Positions 1 to 9,132 of a DNA stretch of 36,322 bases are shown in pieces. Numbering within the stretch: the stretch's first letter is position 1; each line of letters starts with the position of its first letter. The notes beneath the pieces were generated by a model. The model was not told the origin of the DNA and ran no database searches. It worked only from the letters and a program-made list of their open reading frames with translations. Both the position numbers and the translations under genes were made by a program. This stretch comes from a bacterium (lineage in GTDB: Bacteria > Patescibacteriota > Minisyncoccia > CAYZDR01), in assembly GCA_043806975.1 (NCBI GenBank), contig JAZDGL010000050.1, positions 1-36,322 of the forward strand. The letters run 5' to 3'.

Positions 1-1041
1 AAATCCGAAGAAGAGGGTCCGCCGATTTCTGCTTTTGGCGTGGTAATAACTTCTTTGAAGCAGGAGGATGCGGAAGCTATAAAAAAACAAATTCCTGAAA
101 TAGAAGCGGCATCAGGAGTAGTTCGGGCGATGGGTTCGGTAAAGTGGGACAGCCAGTCAACGGATACAACTTTTTTGGGAGTGGATTCTCCTGATTATTG
201 GAACGCTGAAAATTTAGAGGCGGAAAACGGAAGGGTTTTTTCCGAAGAAGAGAGCGTTGGCGCTTCTAGAGTAGTTGTGCTTGGGAGCGAAGTTAAGAAA
301 AATTTGTTTGGGCAGGAAAATCCGATAGGAAAAACGGTTAAGATTAAAAAAGAGAATTTTCTTGTCGTGGGGGTTTTGAAAGAGTATGGAACGGTAGGGT
401 TTCAAAACCGCGATAATCAGCTTTTCGTGCCGTTAAAAAGCGCTCAAACCCTGCTCTTGGGAATAAACTATTTAAACTTAATTGCAATTAAGTTTAAAGA
501 TGGGGCGGACATTGATAAAATAACAAAACAGGTTGAAATTGTTTTGCGCGACAGGCATAAAATAGAAAATCCGATAGATGATGATTTTACTGTTAGAAGC
601 TCTCAACAGGCGCTGGAAACCCTAACTTCGGTAACTGATGCTTTGAAATTTTTCTTGGCGGGGATTGCGGCGATTTCTTTGGTGGTAGGAGGAATTGGAA
701 TTATGAACATTATGTTGATTTCTGTAGTTGAAAGGACGAGAGAAATAGGATTAAGAAAGGCTGTCGGCGCGACAAATGGGAATATCTTATTGCAATTTTT
801 GGCGGAGACTATCATAATTTCGGTTTCGGGAGGAGTCGCGGGGTCTATTTTTGGGATAGGAGTTACATTTTTAATCGCGCTAGTCGCAAATTGGAAAGGG
901 TTTAATTGGGATTTTATAATTTCCCCGCTGTCTATAATTTTAGCGGTGTCGGTTTCACTGATTGTTGGACTAATTTTTGGATTATGGCCGGCATATCAAG
1001 CGGCAAAAAAAGATCCGATAGATGCTTTAAGGTATGAATAA
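1..1041 (+). CDS. ABC transporter permease, MacB/FtsX family (5'-truncated by window)
   Basis: Frame is open from base 1. MacB periplasmic domain, then GIAAISLVVGGIGIMNIMLISVVERTREIGLRKAVGA and C-terminal PAYQAAKKDPIDALRYE. Confidence 0.93.
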   Translation, partial: KSEEEGPPISAFGVVITSLKQEDAEAIKKQIPEIEAASGVVRAMGSVKWDSQSTDTTFLGVDSPDYWNAENLEAENGRVFSEEESVGASRVVVLGSEVKKNLFGQENPIGKTVKIKKENFLVVGVLKEYGTVGFQNRDNQLFVPLKSAQTLLLGINYLNLIAIKFKDGADIDKITKQVEIVLRDRHKIENPIDDDFTVRSSQQALETLTSVTDALKFFLAGIAAISLVVGGIGIMNIMLISVVERTREIGLRKAVGATNGNILLQFLAETIIISVSGGVAGSIFGIGVTFLIALVANWKGFNWDFIISPLSIILAVSVSLIVGLIFGLWPAYQAAKKDPIDALRYE

Positions 1042-1049
1042 TAGCAGCG

Positions 1050-1128
1050 AGTTTCAAGTTAAAAGTTGCAAGTTAAGGAAAATTATTAGAATTCTTTACT
1101 TGCAACTTGCAACTAGAAACTTTTAACT
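1050..1128. repeat. Inverted pair of heptamer tandem arrays (AAGTTNN)n / (NNAACTT)n
   Basis: agtttca agttaaa agttgca agttaag (1050-1077) faces tacttgc aacttgc aactaga aactttt aact (1097-1128). Confidence 0.7.
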
Positions 1129-1141
1129 ATTTTATTAGCTT

Positions 1142-2386
1142 ATGCTGAATTCCTTCTCTTTTGCTATAAAATCGTTGCGATCACATAAATTAAGAACGGC
1201 GCTTGCGATGCTGGCTGTTTCTATCGGCATTGCTGCTGTTATCACGGTGGTGTCTTCTGGCGAAGGTTTGAGGTTTTTAATAAACAGCCAAATTGAAACT
1301 TTTGGAACAAACCTTATCCAAATAGAAGTAAAAATCCCAGGAGCTAAAAAAAATTCTACTGAAAATGCGATGGAAATGGCGGCTGGGATAACAATCACGA
1401 CTTTAAAAGATGAAGATAGAGAGGCGATTTTAAAGGAGTTTCCGCAATATATTGAAGGCGCTTATTCGGGATTTATGGGTCAGGAGCAAATTGTAAGACA
1501 GGAAAAGCGAAAAAAAACAATGATTTTTGGCACATCGGCTGGCGTTATTGATGTTGATAATATGGAGATAGAGCAGGGGCGGATGTACACCGAGAATGAG
1601 GAAAGGAGTATGGCTAGGGTTGCTGTTTTAGGTTCGGATATAAAGGAAAAATTATTTGGGAAAGAAGATCCCATTGGGCAGTCTATAAAAATTAAAGGAA
1701 AACAGTTTAAAGTGGTAGGAACTTTAAAAAGCCGAGGCGGTATGGCTTTTTTTAATTTTGATGAGATGCTTTATATTCCTTTGAAGACTTTGCAAAAGCA
1801 GATTTCTGGGGTTGATTATGTTTCATTTATTTCCGTTAAGGCGAAAAGCGGAGTTGATTTAGATCGCGCGACAAGCGAAATTGCGGATATTTTAAGAATA
1901 AGGCACAGTATTGATGATCCGCAAAAAGATGATTTTTCGGTTACCACAATGGAGGAGGCGATGGAATCGGTGGGAACTATTTTGGATGCTGTGGAAATTT
2001 TGCTTTTAGGAATTGCCGCAATTTCTCTTTTGGTTGGAGGCGTTGGGATAATGAATGTTATGTATGTAAATGTGAAAGAAAGAACATTTGAAATAGGGCT
2101 GCGAAAAGCTTTGGGCGCAAGTCCAAGAAGCATTTTAGCTCAATTTTTATGGGAGGCTTTGCTAGTTTCTCTTTTGGGGGCTGTTTTAGGAATTGCCGGG
2201 GCGGCGGTTTTATCAGCTGGCATTGCCAAATTTGCCATATCTAAACATTTTTCTTGGAAATTTACAATTCCGATTATATCAATAATTTTGGCGGTAGGGT
2301 TTTCAATGGCGGTGGGTTTGCTATTCGGGTTTTTGCCTGCAAAAAGCGCGTCAAAAAAGGATGCGGTAGAAGCGTTAAGGGGGTAA
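1142..2386 (+). CDS. ABC transporter permease, MacB/FtsX family
   Basis: N-terminal KLRTALAMLAVSIGIAAV TM, then AISLLVGGVGIMNVMYVNVKERTFEIGLRKALGA. Paralog of the upstream gene. Confidence 0.93.
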   Translation: MLNSFSFAIKSLRSHKLRTALAMLAVSIGIAAVITVVSSGEGLRFLINSQIETFGTNLIQIEVKIPGAKKNSTENAMEMAAGITITTLKDEDREAILKEFPQYIEGAYSGFMGQEQIVRQEKRKKTMIFGTSAGVIDVDNMEIEQGRMYTENEERSMARVAVLGSDIKEKLFGKEDPIGQSIKIKGKQFKVVGTLKSRGGMAFFNFDEMLYIPLKTLQKQISGVDYVSFISVKAKSGVDLDRATSEIADILRIRHSIDDPQKDDFSVTTMEEAMESVGTILDAVEILLLGIAAISLLVGGVGIMNVMYVNVKERTFEIGLRKALGASPRSILAQFLWEALLVSLLGAVLGIAGAAVLSAGIAKFAISKHFSWKFTIPIISIILAVGFSMAVGLLFGFLPAKSASKKDAVEALRG

Positions 2387-2417
2387 AGGCGGCAGGTAAA
2401 CTAAAAATTTGAAAATT

Positions 2418-2535
2418 ATAGCTCTCGCAAAAAAATTCCGATATTTTCTCCCTTTGAAAAGGGAGATTGCCGTCCAAGACGGTCTGCCTTGGGCAGGAGA
2501 GGGATTTTAAAATAAATTTGTTTTGCGGGAGCTAT
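2418..2535 (-). mobile_element. TATAG-ended MITE copy with nested CCAAG-palindrome
   Basis: Terminal inverted repeats atagctctcgcaaaa / ttttgcgggagctat. Internal hairpin ctccctttgaaaagggag. Homologous to copies at 5055, 7584, 11863 and 22867. Confidence 0.8.
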
Positions 2536-2539
2536 GTAT

Positions 2540-2566
2540 TTAATCTTTCCTTAATCTTTTTATAAT
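2540..2566 (+). promoter_or_regulatory. Putative OmpR-type tandem box plus -10 element
   Basis: ttaatcttt repeated with 11-bp period (2540-2548, 2551-2559), followed by TATAAT (2561-2566), upstream of the response regulator. Confidence 0.45.
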
Positions 2567-2639
2567 AAACTTTTTATGGAGCTTTAGTGGGGGTGAAATA
2601 AAAGTTTAAAGAAAAACAAAGCGAAAGGAGACTAAAACA

Positions 2640-3365
2640 ATGACAATACTTCTTGTTGAAGATGAAGAAAAAATAACTAGGTTTATAAAGCGAGGGCTGG
2701 AATTAGAGCATTTTACGGTGGATGTTGCTTATGACGGGGAAGAGGCGTTAAAGCTGATAGAAATAAATGGGTATGATCTTGTGGTTTTAGATTTAATGTT
2801 GCCCAAAAAGGACGGAATTGAAGTTTGTAGGGAAATTCGCAAAAATGGCATTTCCACGCCAATTTTAATGCTAACTGCTAAAGATTTAGTGGATGATAAG
2901 ATTGCGGGGTTGGATAGTGGCGCAGATGATTATATGGTTAAGCCGTTTGCCTTTGGAGAGCTTTTAGCGAGGATTAGGGCGTTGCTGCGGAGAGAAAGAT
3001 CCGTAAAGCAGACAAAATTGCAAATTGATGATTTGGTTTTGGACCCCGCGACTCACGAAGTGCAAAGAGCAGGCAAAGAGATTGAACTCACAAGTAAAGA
3101 ATATAGGCTTTTAGATTATTTTATGCGCCATCCGAATCAAGTTTGCACTAGGACTATGATTGGAGAGCATGTTTGGGGATATAATTTTTCGCAAAATAGC
3201 AATGTGATTGATGTGTATATTAGTTATTTGCGAAAAAAAGTTGATTCTGGTTTTCAAAGCAAAATTTTTTCAACTGTTCGAGATGTGGGATATAGATTGA
3301 GGGGAAATGTTGTAAATGAGAAAATCCAAAAAGTTGGAGATGCTGTTGCAGAGAAGCAGCGGTGA
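2640..3365 (+). CDS. OmpR/PhoB-family DNA-binding response regulator
   Basis: ILLVEDE, LDLMLP (phospho-Asp), LTAK, GADDYMVKPF, winged helix NVIDVYISYLRKKV..TVRDVGY. Confidence 0.95.
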   Translation: MTILLVEDEEKITRFIKRGLELEHFTVDVAYDGEEALKLIEINGYDLVVLDLMLPKKDGIEVCREIRKNGISTPILMLTAKDLVDDKIAGLDSGADDYMVKPFAFGELLARIRALLRRERSVKQTKLQIDDLVLDPATHEVQRAGKEIELTSKEYRLLDYFMRHPNQVCTRTMIGEHVWGYNFSQNSNVIDVYISYLRKKVDSGFQSKIFSTVRDVGYRLRGNVVNEKIQKVGDAVAEKQR

Positions 3366-3378
3366 TTAAACGAAAATA

Positions 3379-5028
3379 ATGGCAGGGGAAGCAGAAAATT
3401 TAAAAGAAGTCAGCCGAATAAAGATATTTGAAGAGTTGGAGCAATGCGCCAATATTTTAAGTTTTATTCAGGAGATAATTTTTATTATTGATATTGAAGG
3501 AAAAATTATTGGATATAATAAAAATTTTATTGAATCAACCAGCGGGGACGAAAGTTTTTTGAAAAAGGATTTTAGGGGAATTTTGCGCCGCTATTGGGGG
3601 AATACTGATTTAGAAAAAAAATGCGAGGAGATGATTGGGGGGGTTTTAAATTTGGAGAGGAATGATTTTTTTAAGGATAAAGAAAAAGAAGAGTTTTTCT
3701 TGAAAATAAATACTCCGCTTGCCAAAGTTGCAAGAGGAGTTATAAATAAAAAAGAAGGTTTTTTTAGAGTAAGACCGTTTCCTTCTTTTGGGACAAATAA
3801 AGAATTGCGAAGGATTGTGTGCGTTATCAATAATATCACAGAGCTGAAAGCTATTGATGAAAATTTAAAAAAAGTTTCTAGCCTGTATGAGAAGGTTTTA
3901 AAAAATGTTCCCGTTGGGATCGTGACATTAGATAAAAACGGCGATGTTGTTTATAACAATCCATACACAGAGCAAACAGTGGGGGATAGGAAAGGCGAAA
4001 ATATTTTTTCAATGGATTTTATAAAAAAGTGCAAAATAACTGGAAATTTTAGGCAGTTATTTAAAATAGGCGAAGAATTTCATAAATCTGAGTGCAGGTA
4101 TTTTAATAAGAAAAAAAATAGAACATTTTATTTGGATATAAGAGCGGTGCCGTTAAAAGATAATTTTGAAGAGGTTTTGGGGGCGATAGCAATTTTTTAT
4201 GATGAAACTGAAAGTGTTGAAGCGAAAGGGCAGATTGAGGAGTTAAATAGAGGGCTGGAAAATAAAATTGCCGAGAGGACAAGACAGCTGAAAGATGCGA
4301 TTGATCTAAAAACTCGTTTTATCGCGGATGCTTCGCATGAACTGCGAACCCCGCTTACTATAATGAGGGGTAATTTAGATTTAATTGCGCAGAAAGAATT
4401 TTTAGATGATGAGTCAAAAGAAATGCTTGAATTGGTTGCGAGCCAAGTGGATTATATGGCGAAAATGCTTATTGATTTGACTATGCTTGCAAGCGGAAAT
4501 AAAGAATTTTCTGGGATGAAAATGAATAAATTTTCTCTTACAAAATTAGTAGATGAGGTTGCAAAGGTGTTTGCGGTGGTGGCATCAAATTATAGTATAA
4601 AAGTTTCTTTAAAGAAAAGTGGATCTTCCAAGGAGATAATAATAGTAGGAGATGAGGAAAAAATTGAAAGAATGATTGCAAACTTGGTTTCAAATGCAAT
4701 TAAATATGGGAAAGAAAATGGATGGATTAAAATTAGTCTGAATCGCGAAGAAAAATTTATTGTTATTGCGGTGGAAGATAACGGAATTGGAATATCAAAA
4801 AAAGATTTGCCGAATATTTTTGAAAGATTTTATAGGATTGATCAGTCAAGGACCAAAATCAACAGAATGAATGAAGAGGAAGGCGGGACTGGGTTAGGGC
4901 TTTCTATATGTAAGTGGATTGCGGAAATTCATGGAGGGTGGATTAGGGTAGAAAGCAAAGTTGGCAAGGGGAGCATTTTTAGAGTGTTCTTGCCGATACT
5001 TACAAGCTCTAAAAATTTAAAATCTTAA
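3379..5028 (+). CDS. PAS-domain sensor histidine kinase (no TM segment seen)
   Basis: H-box ASHELRTPL, N-box NLVSNAIKY, G1 DNGIGI, F-box IFERFYR, G2 GGTGLGLSI. Two PAS-like N-terminal segments. Confidence 0.93.
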   Translation: MAGEAENLKEVSRIKIFEELEQCANILSFIQEIIFIIDIEGKIIGYNKNFIESTSGDESFLKKDFRGILRRYWGNTDLEKKCEEMIGGVLNLERNDFFKDKEKEEFFLKINTPLAKVARGVINKKEGFFRVRPFPSFGTNKELRRIVCVINNITELKAIDENLKKVSSLYEKVLKNVPVGIVTLDKNGDVVYNNPYTEQTVGDRKGENIFSMDFIKKCKITGNFRQLFKIGEEFHKSECRYFNKKKNRTFYLDIRAVPLKDNFEEVLGAIAIFYDETESVEAKGQIEELNRGLENKIAERTRQLKDAIDLKTRFIADASHELRTPLTIMRGNLDLIAQKEFLDDESKEMLELVASQVDYMAKMLIDLTMLASGNKEFSGMKMNKFSLTKLVDEVAKVFAVVASNYSIKVSLKKSGSSKEIIIVGDEEKIERMIANLVSNAIKYGKENGWIKISLNREEKFIVIAVEDNGIGISKKDLPNIFERFYRIDQSRTKINRMNEEEGGTGLGLSICKWIAEIHGGWIRVESKVGKGSIFRVFLPILTSSKNLKS

Positions 5029-5054
5029 AGCATAAGCGGAGTAAAATTTTTATA

Positions 5055-5223
5055 TATATCTCCCATAAAACAAATTTATTTTAAAATCCCTCTTAATCTC
5101 CCTTTTCAAAGGGAGAAAATATCGGAATCCCTCTTAATCTTTCTTGCTGCGTTTCGCCGAAGCCCTTGGGGCGAAGGGGGATCAAAGGGGGGAAACATCG
5201 GAATTTGTTTTGTGGGAGATATA
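5055..5223 (+). mobile_element. TATAG-type MITE copy with duplicated core and nested palindrome
   Basis: TIRs tatatctcccataaaacaaatt / aatttgttttgtgggagatata. Core atccctcttaatct...atcggaat occurs twice. The second hairpin loop holds ttcgccgaagcccttggggcgaa. Confidence 0.8.
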
Positions 5224-5282
5224 TTTTAAGATTTTATTTTTGTTTTTTGAAAATTAAGCGAAAAAATAAGGGGGGTGATGGA

Positions 5283-6278
5283 GTGGACAGGTTTTATTTA
5301 GTGGATGCCATATGGAAGGGGATGGATTTCATTTTTTCCCAAATGAGAGAAGACGGAATCTTTCCGATTAGGGTTGGGAAAAATCAGTCGCTTTTGAATG
5401 CGGCTGAATTTATGATTGAGAATTATTCTTCTGTTGTTGTGTTGGGGTGCCTCAGCAGGTGCTTTACGAAGCACGGGTTTTTCTTTGACAGAGAGAAGAA
5501 AGAAAAATTCGCGTATTTAAAAAATGAATGCGCGGAATTATTTGAAAGAAAAACAACAGTTTGTTTTTTTTCTGATTTTGAATTCCCCGATGATATTGAT
5601 ATAACTTCTTTGGCGTCCTCCAATTTGATTGATTTGGGAGAGCCGAAGGAGAGGTTTAAAGAAACTTTGGAAAAAGTTTCTTTAAATTATTGCGCTGATA
5701 AAAATTCTTTTTTTGTTTATTTTTTTGATTCGCGAGAGCTTGAGGAAGGGGAGGTAAAGGAGGAAACGAGGAAATTGAGGATTGGCGATATTATTACGGA
5801 TGTAAATGCGGAAGCGTTTATCCGTAAAATGGAAAAAAGAATCCCCGCAATTGAGCAGGAAATTTTTAATTTTTTGAGGTTAAAAAAGTATGAAAAGAGC
5901 GGGTATAGTATTTATTATATCACTCCTATGTCTTACATCTATTTTGCCGCTAGATTGGCGGCAGAGGTAAGAAATAACAAAAGATGGAGATTGCTTTTGA
6001 TCGTAAGGGCTTGGGAGATTTTATTCTCTTCTATCCAAAAAGAATTTTCCCCATTGAATATCTCAATGGGGATATCATCATTGATTTTAATGGGAGAGGA
6101 AGATGTAGATGAGATTTTTGTAAATTTTATTCTTTCCTTTCAAGATGCTCAAACTGGCGCTTGGCCGGCCGAAGCGCTTTTCCATTATGGAAGGCGTATC
6201 GGGTTTTTTGGGAGCAGAGTTCTTTCAACTGCCTTTGCCATAGAGGCATTGTGCAGTTGTTTAAAAAAAGCTGGATAG
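5283..6278 (+). CDS. Prenyltransferase/squalene-cyclase-fold protein, putative class II terpene cyclase beta domain
   Basis: GTG start after GGGGGTGA (track start 5166 lies inside the MITE). Motifs AIWKGMDFIFSQMREDG, FPDDIDITSLA, YYITPMSYIYFAARL, QDAQTGAW, GSRVLSTAFAIEAL. Confidence 0.6.
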   Translation: MDRFYLVDAIWKGMDFIFSQMREDGIFPIRVGKNQSLLNAAEFMIENYSSVVVLGCLSRCFTKHGFFFDREKKEKFAYLKNECAELFERKTTVCFFSDFEFPDDIDITSLASSNLIDLGEPKERFKETLEKVSLNYCADKNSFFVYFFDSRELEEGEVKEETRKLRIGDIITDVNAEAFIRKMEKRIPAIEQEIFNFLRLKKYEKSGYSIYYITPMSYIYFAARLAAEVRNNKRWRLLLIVRAWEILFSSIQKEFSPLNISMGISSLILMGEEDVDEIFVNFILSFQDAQTGAWPAEALFHYGRRIGFFGSRVLSTAFAIEALCSCLKKAG

Positions 6279-6298
6279 TTTTGTCTTCCAGCTTTTTT
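6264..6298. terminator. Bidirectional intrinsic terminator
   Basis: aaaaaagctgga-tagttttgtct-tccagctttttt between convergent genes. Confidence 0.7.
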
Positions 6299-7544
6299 AT
6301 TCGTGCGGAAAATCTGATTTTGAGCGGTAGTAGCTGTAAAAAGTATCTTTGCGAATTAGTTTTTTCAGATTTTTGTCGTAAATTTCTTGGTATAAAACCG
6401 TTTTCATTGATCCGTTTTCGTTTTTATAAACAATGGATGGACATTTAATCTTTACTTCTCTGTCGTTTGCGGCTCCAAAGATATCAAAAAAAAGTTGCAA
6501 ATTTTCAATTCTCGCTTGGATTAAAATAGGGGAATCTGTGTCATTTTTGAATTTAAAATCTAAATTCGGACTTGCAATAGCGGCATCAGTTCCTTGCGGA
6601 GAATAATACCCGACTGGATAAGCGTGATTTTTTCTTTCAAGTATTTTCATTCCAGAATTTAATGCTGCGCGGAAAAGCGTGGTGGAAACTTGGCATAATC
6701 CTCCGCCAAGCGCCATAACTGTTTTTCCATCGCGGATGTTTGCTTCTAGTTGGTATCCTTTTTCGGAGTTTACTTCTCCGATTGTTTTTAAAACAGAGAA
6801 ATCTTCTTGCGGCTGGACAAATTTTCCGTTAATCTCACCCGACCCGATTTTGATATTAGTAATTCTATTTTTGCTTGATCCTGCAAAGCTGGTTTTCCCT
6901 GTTCCCAAAAGTGAATTTATGCCAAGATTATTAAGTTTTTCTAAAGTGATTTCTGCTAAAACTGGTGTTGTTTCTATCGCGCATATTTTTTTATATCCAA
7001 TTGCGGCGCTTTTTATTTTTTGGATAGTTTCTTTAATATCTAGCTCAATTCCTGGTTGGGATGGTGTTTCTTTTAGCTGGTTTTCTTCCCAATATATTTT
7101 GGAGTTAGGTGGCGTGATGTCTATTTCAGGTTTTATTTTAAGTAAAAAATCTTCAATTAGTTTTTCTTCAAAAGAAATTCTAAAAGAAGAACATCCGCTA
7201 TTTTGAGAAATTAAAGTTTGCGGGCAAGATAATTCTAGCGAAGAAATTTCTACCCAATTTTCAAGGTCTTCTTCGCTAATTTCCCAAGATTTTTCATTAA
7301 ATTGCAATTCAAGTCCATTAGAGATTATTTCTTTTTTTATTTTTTTGGCGATAAAATATGTTTCAGGAAATTCTATACCGTTTTTAACTTCTGCTATTTT
7401 TTTATAAGCGCAGGGAAGAGCAGCTAAATTAATTGTATTTTTTTTATTTAATTTTAAAAATAATCCTAGCGCAAATATTTGCGAAAAAAATAAAATTCCT
7501 AAAATTAAAATAGGAAAAAATTTAATTATTTTTTTGAATTTCAT
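6297..7544 (-). CDS. VanW-family protein with N-terminal membrane anchor and putative peptidoglycan-binding region
   Basis: NRITNI, GGGLCQVSTTLFRAALNSG, ERKNHAYPVGYY, GTDAAI, DFKFKNDT. Confidence 0.88.
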   Translation of the reverse strand: MKFKKIIKFFPILILGILFFSQIFALGLFLKLNKKNTINLAALPCAYKKIAEVKNGIEFPETYFIAKKIKKEIISNGLELQFNEKSWEISEEDLENWVEISSLELSCPQTLISQNSGCSSFRISFEEKLIEDFLLKIKPEIDITPPNSKIYWEENQLKETPSQPGIELDIKETIQKIKSAAIGYKKICAIETTPVLAEITLEKLNNLGINSLLGTGKTSFAGSSKNRITNIKIGSGEINGKFVQPQEDFSVLKTIGEVNSEKGYQLEANIRDGKTVMALGGGLCQVSTTLFRAALNSGMKILERKNHAYPVGYYSPQGTDAAIASPNLDFKFKNDTDSPILIQARIENLQLFFDIFGAANDREVKIKCPSIVYKNENGSMKTVLYQEIYDKNLKKLIRKDTFYSYYRSKSDFPHE

Positions 7545-7583
7545 TTATTTAAAAATAAAACCAGAAATCAAAAATTAAAAATT

Positions 7584-7678
7584 TATAGCTCCCGCAAAAT
7601 AAATTTATTTACAAAACCCCCTTCAATCCCCCCTTATTAAGGGGGGAAAATATCGGAATTTATTTTGCAAAAGCTATA
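7584..7678 (+). mobile_element. TATAG-ended MITE, minimal 95-bp copy
   Basis: TIRs tatagctcccgcaaaataaatt / aatttattttgcaaaagctata. Core aaaacccccttcaatccccccttattaagggggg. Confidence 0.82.
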
Positions 7679-7744
7679 GAAAAATTAGGTATTTTTGGTT
7701 TCTGGTTGCAGGCTTTTTCGCGGATAACGATATAACTAATAAAA

Positions 7745-8245
7745 CTATGATCCAACCACTCGTATTTTTTTCGTTTTAACCTTTTCTGCTTTTGGAAGGC
7801 GGATTGTGAGTATGCCTTGTTTATTTAAGGATGCTTGGGCGTTTTCCGCTTCTACATCAACGGGTAAAATTATTGATCTTGAAAAAGCGCCCCAATAACA
7901 TTCTTGGTAATAATAATCTTTTTCTTCTTTTTCTTCGCAATCCTCCCGCTTTCCCTTAATTGTTACCATATCATTGGTGATATTTACATCCAAATCGCTT
8001 GCGTCAACTCCTGCAATCGTTGATTTAATCACTATTTCAGAAGAAGTTTGATATACATCAATAGTAAGCTGCCCCTCGGATTCATCTTGCCATACGGGGG
8101 AAGTAGGCTTTTCTTCTATTTCTCCGTCATTTTCGTTCGTTATCTCTAATTGTCTTTCTTCTAGCGATTCCTCATTTATTTCTTCGCTTGGCCCTGCGGA
8201 TGAGCCCGTTATTTTATCTAAAAAAGATTTTTTTTGTTTAACCAT
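7745..8245 (-). CDS. Hsp20/alpha-crystallin small heat-shock protein
   Basis: LTIDVYQT, IAGV, ECYWGAFSRSIILP, GILTIRLPK. Acidic N-terminal extension. Confidence 0.92.
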   Translation of the reverse strand: MVKQKKSFLDKITGSSAGPSEEINEESLEERQLEITNENDGEIEEKPTSPVWQDESEGQLTIDVYQTSSEIVIKSTIAGVDASDLDVNITNDMVTIKGKREDCEEKEEKDYYYQECYWGAFSRSIILPVDVEAENAQASLNKQGILTIRLPKAEKVKTKKIRVVGS

Positions 8246-8343
8246 ATTTTTTTCCTTTATAACTTTATAAATTATTTAATTTTTTAATTTAATTTTGCAG
8301 CTTTATTTTTTGCCTACATTTTCATTATATTAAAAAAAAATTT

Positions 8344-9120
8344 TTAATGCAAATAACAAGTTGTTTTTAACTTTTCAAAACCGAGAGAAACCAGCAGCGC
8401 GATGATGATTATCAGGGCAAGCGCGAGCATCATTAGATTATTGTCAAAACTGATTAAAAAGTTGTATGAACCATGAAGCAGAATTGCCAAAATAATTCCT
8501 AGCGAGATATTTTTTAAAGTTTTTTTTGACGATCTTACTCCCGGCAGGAATTGGTTTTGCTTCATTTCCCAAATTTTTACTAGTCCGATGAAATAACCGA
8601 TAATCGCGCCCGTTAAGGCGTGGATTAGCACTGCCGTAAAAAATCTTTCTATGGAAGTGCGCGCTGGATTGGCGTATTTAAAAACATATAAGATATTTTC
8701 TGCCGATGCAAACCCTAGCGAAGCAACGATTGAATATACCATCGCATCCACTGGTTCATCAAATTCTTTGGTTTTTAGAACTTCTGATTTTATAATTGTA
8801 AATTTAAAAATTTCTTCAATACAGGCGATTACTAAAAAAATAAAGATGAATTTTTCTAGGAATGGGTTGGCGAGAAGCTTGTTGGAATATAAAACCCTAT
8901 CTCCGTAAAAAGCGCAAGAGTATCCTAATGCGCAACTGGCTGAAATTTCTGCGGCTACCGTTGGCACGGTGATTAGCATTCCCAGTAAAAAAATTTGGAT
9001 TATTTTTCCTTTTGGCTCGGGGTTTTTGCTGTCTTCTGAAAGATAGTATGAAGCCCAAATTATTCCAGGCAGCGTCCCGATAATTATATAAAGAATAATT
9101 AAATTAAATGGAATTTTCAT
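8344..9120 (-). CDS. prsW: PrsW-family intramembrane protease
   Basis: IEEIFK, LGFASAENILY, VLIHALTG, LLHGSYN motifs and multiple TM segments. Confidence 0.88.
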   Translation of the reverse strand: MKIPFNLIILYIIIGTLPGIIWASYYLSEDSKNPEPKGKIIQIFLLGMLITVPTVAAEISASCALGYSCAFYGDRVLYSNKLLANPFLEKFIFIFLVIACIEEIFKFTIIKSEVLKTKEFDEPVDAMVYSIVASLGFASAENILYVFKYANPARTSIERFFTAVLIHALTGAIIGYFIGLVKIWEMKQNQFLPGVRSSKKTLKNISLGIILAILLHGSYNFLISFDNNLMMLALALIIIIALLVSLGFEKLKTTCYLH

Positions 9121-9132
9121 TTTTTGTTTTTG

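Noticed and set aside
5166-5282. N-terminal extension of the cyclase-like ORF
   Set aside because: The track start lies inside the MITE. GTG at 5283 has an SD-like sequence.
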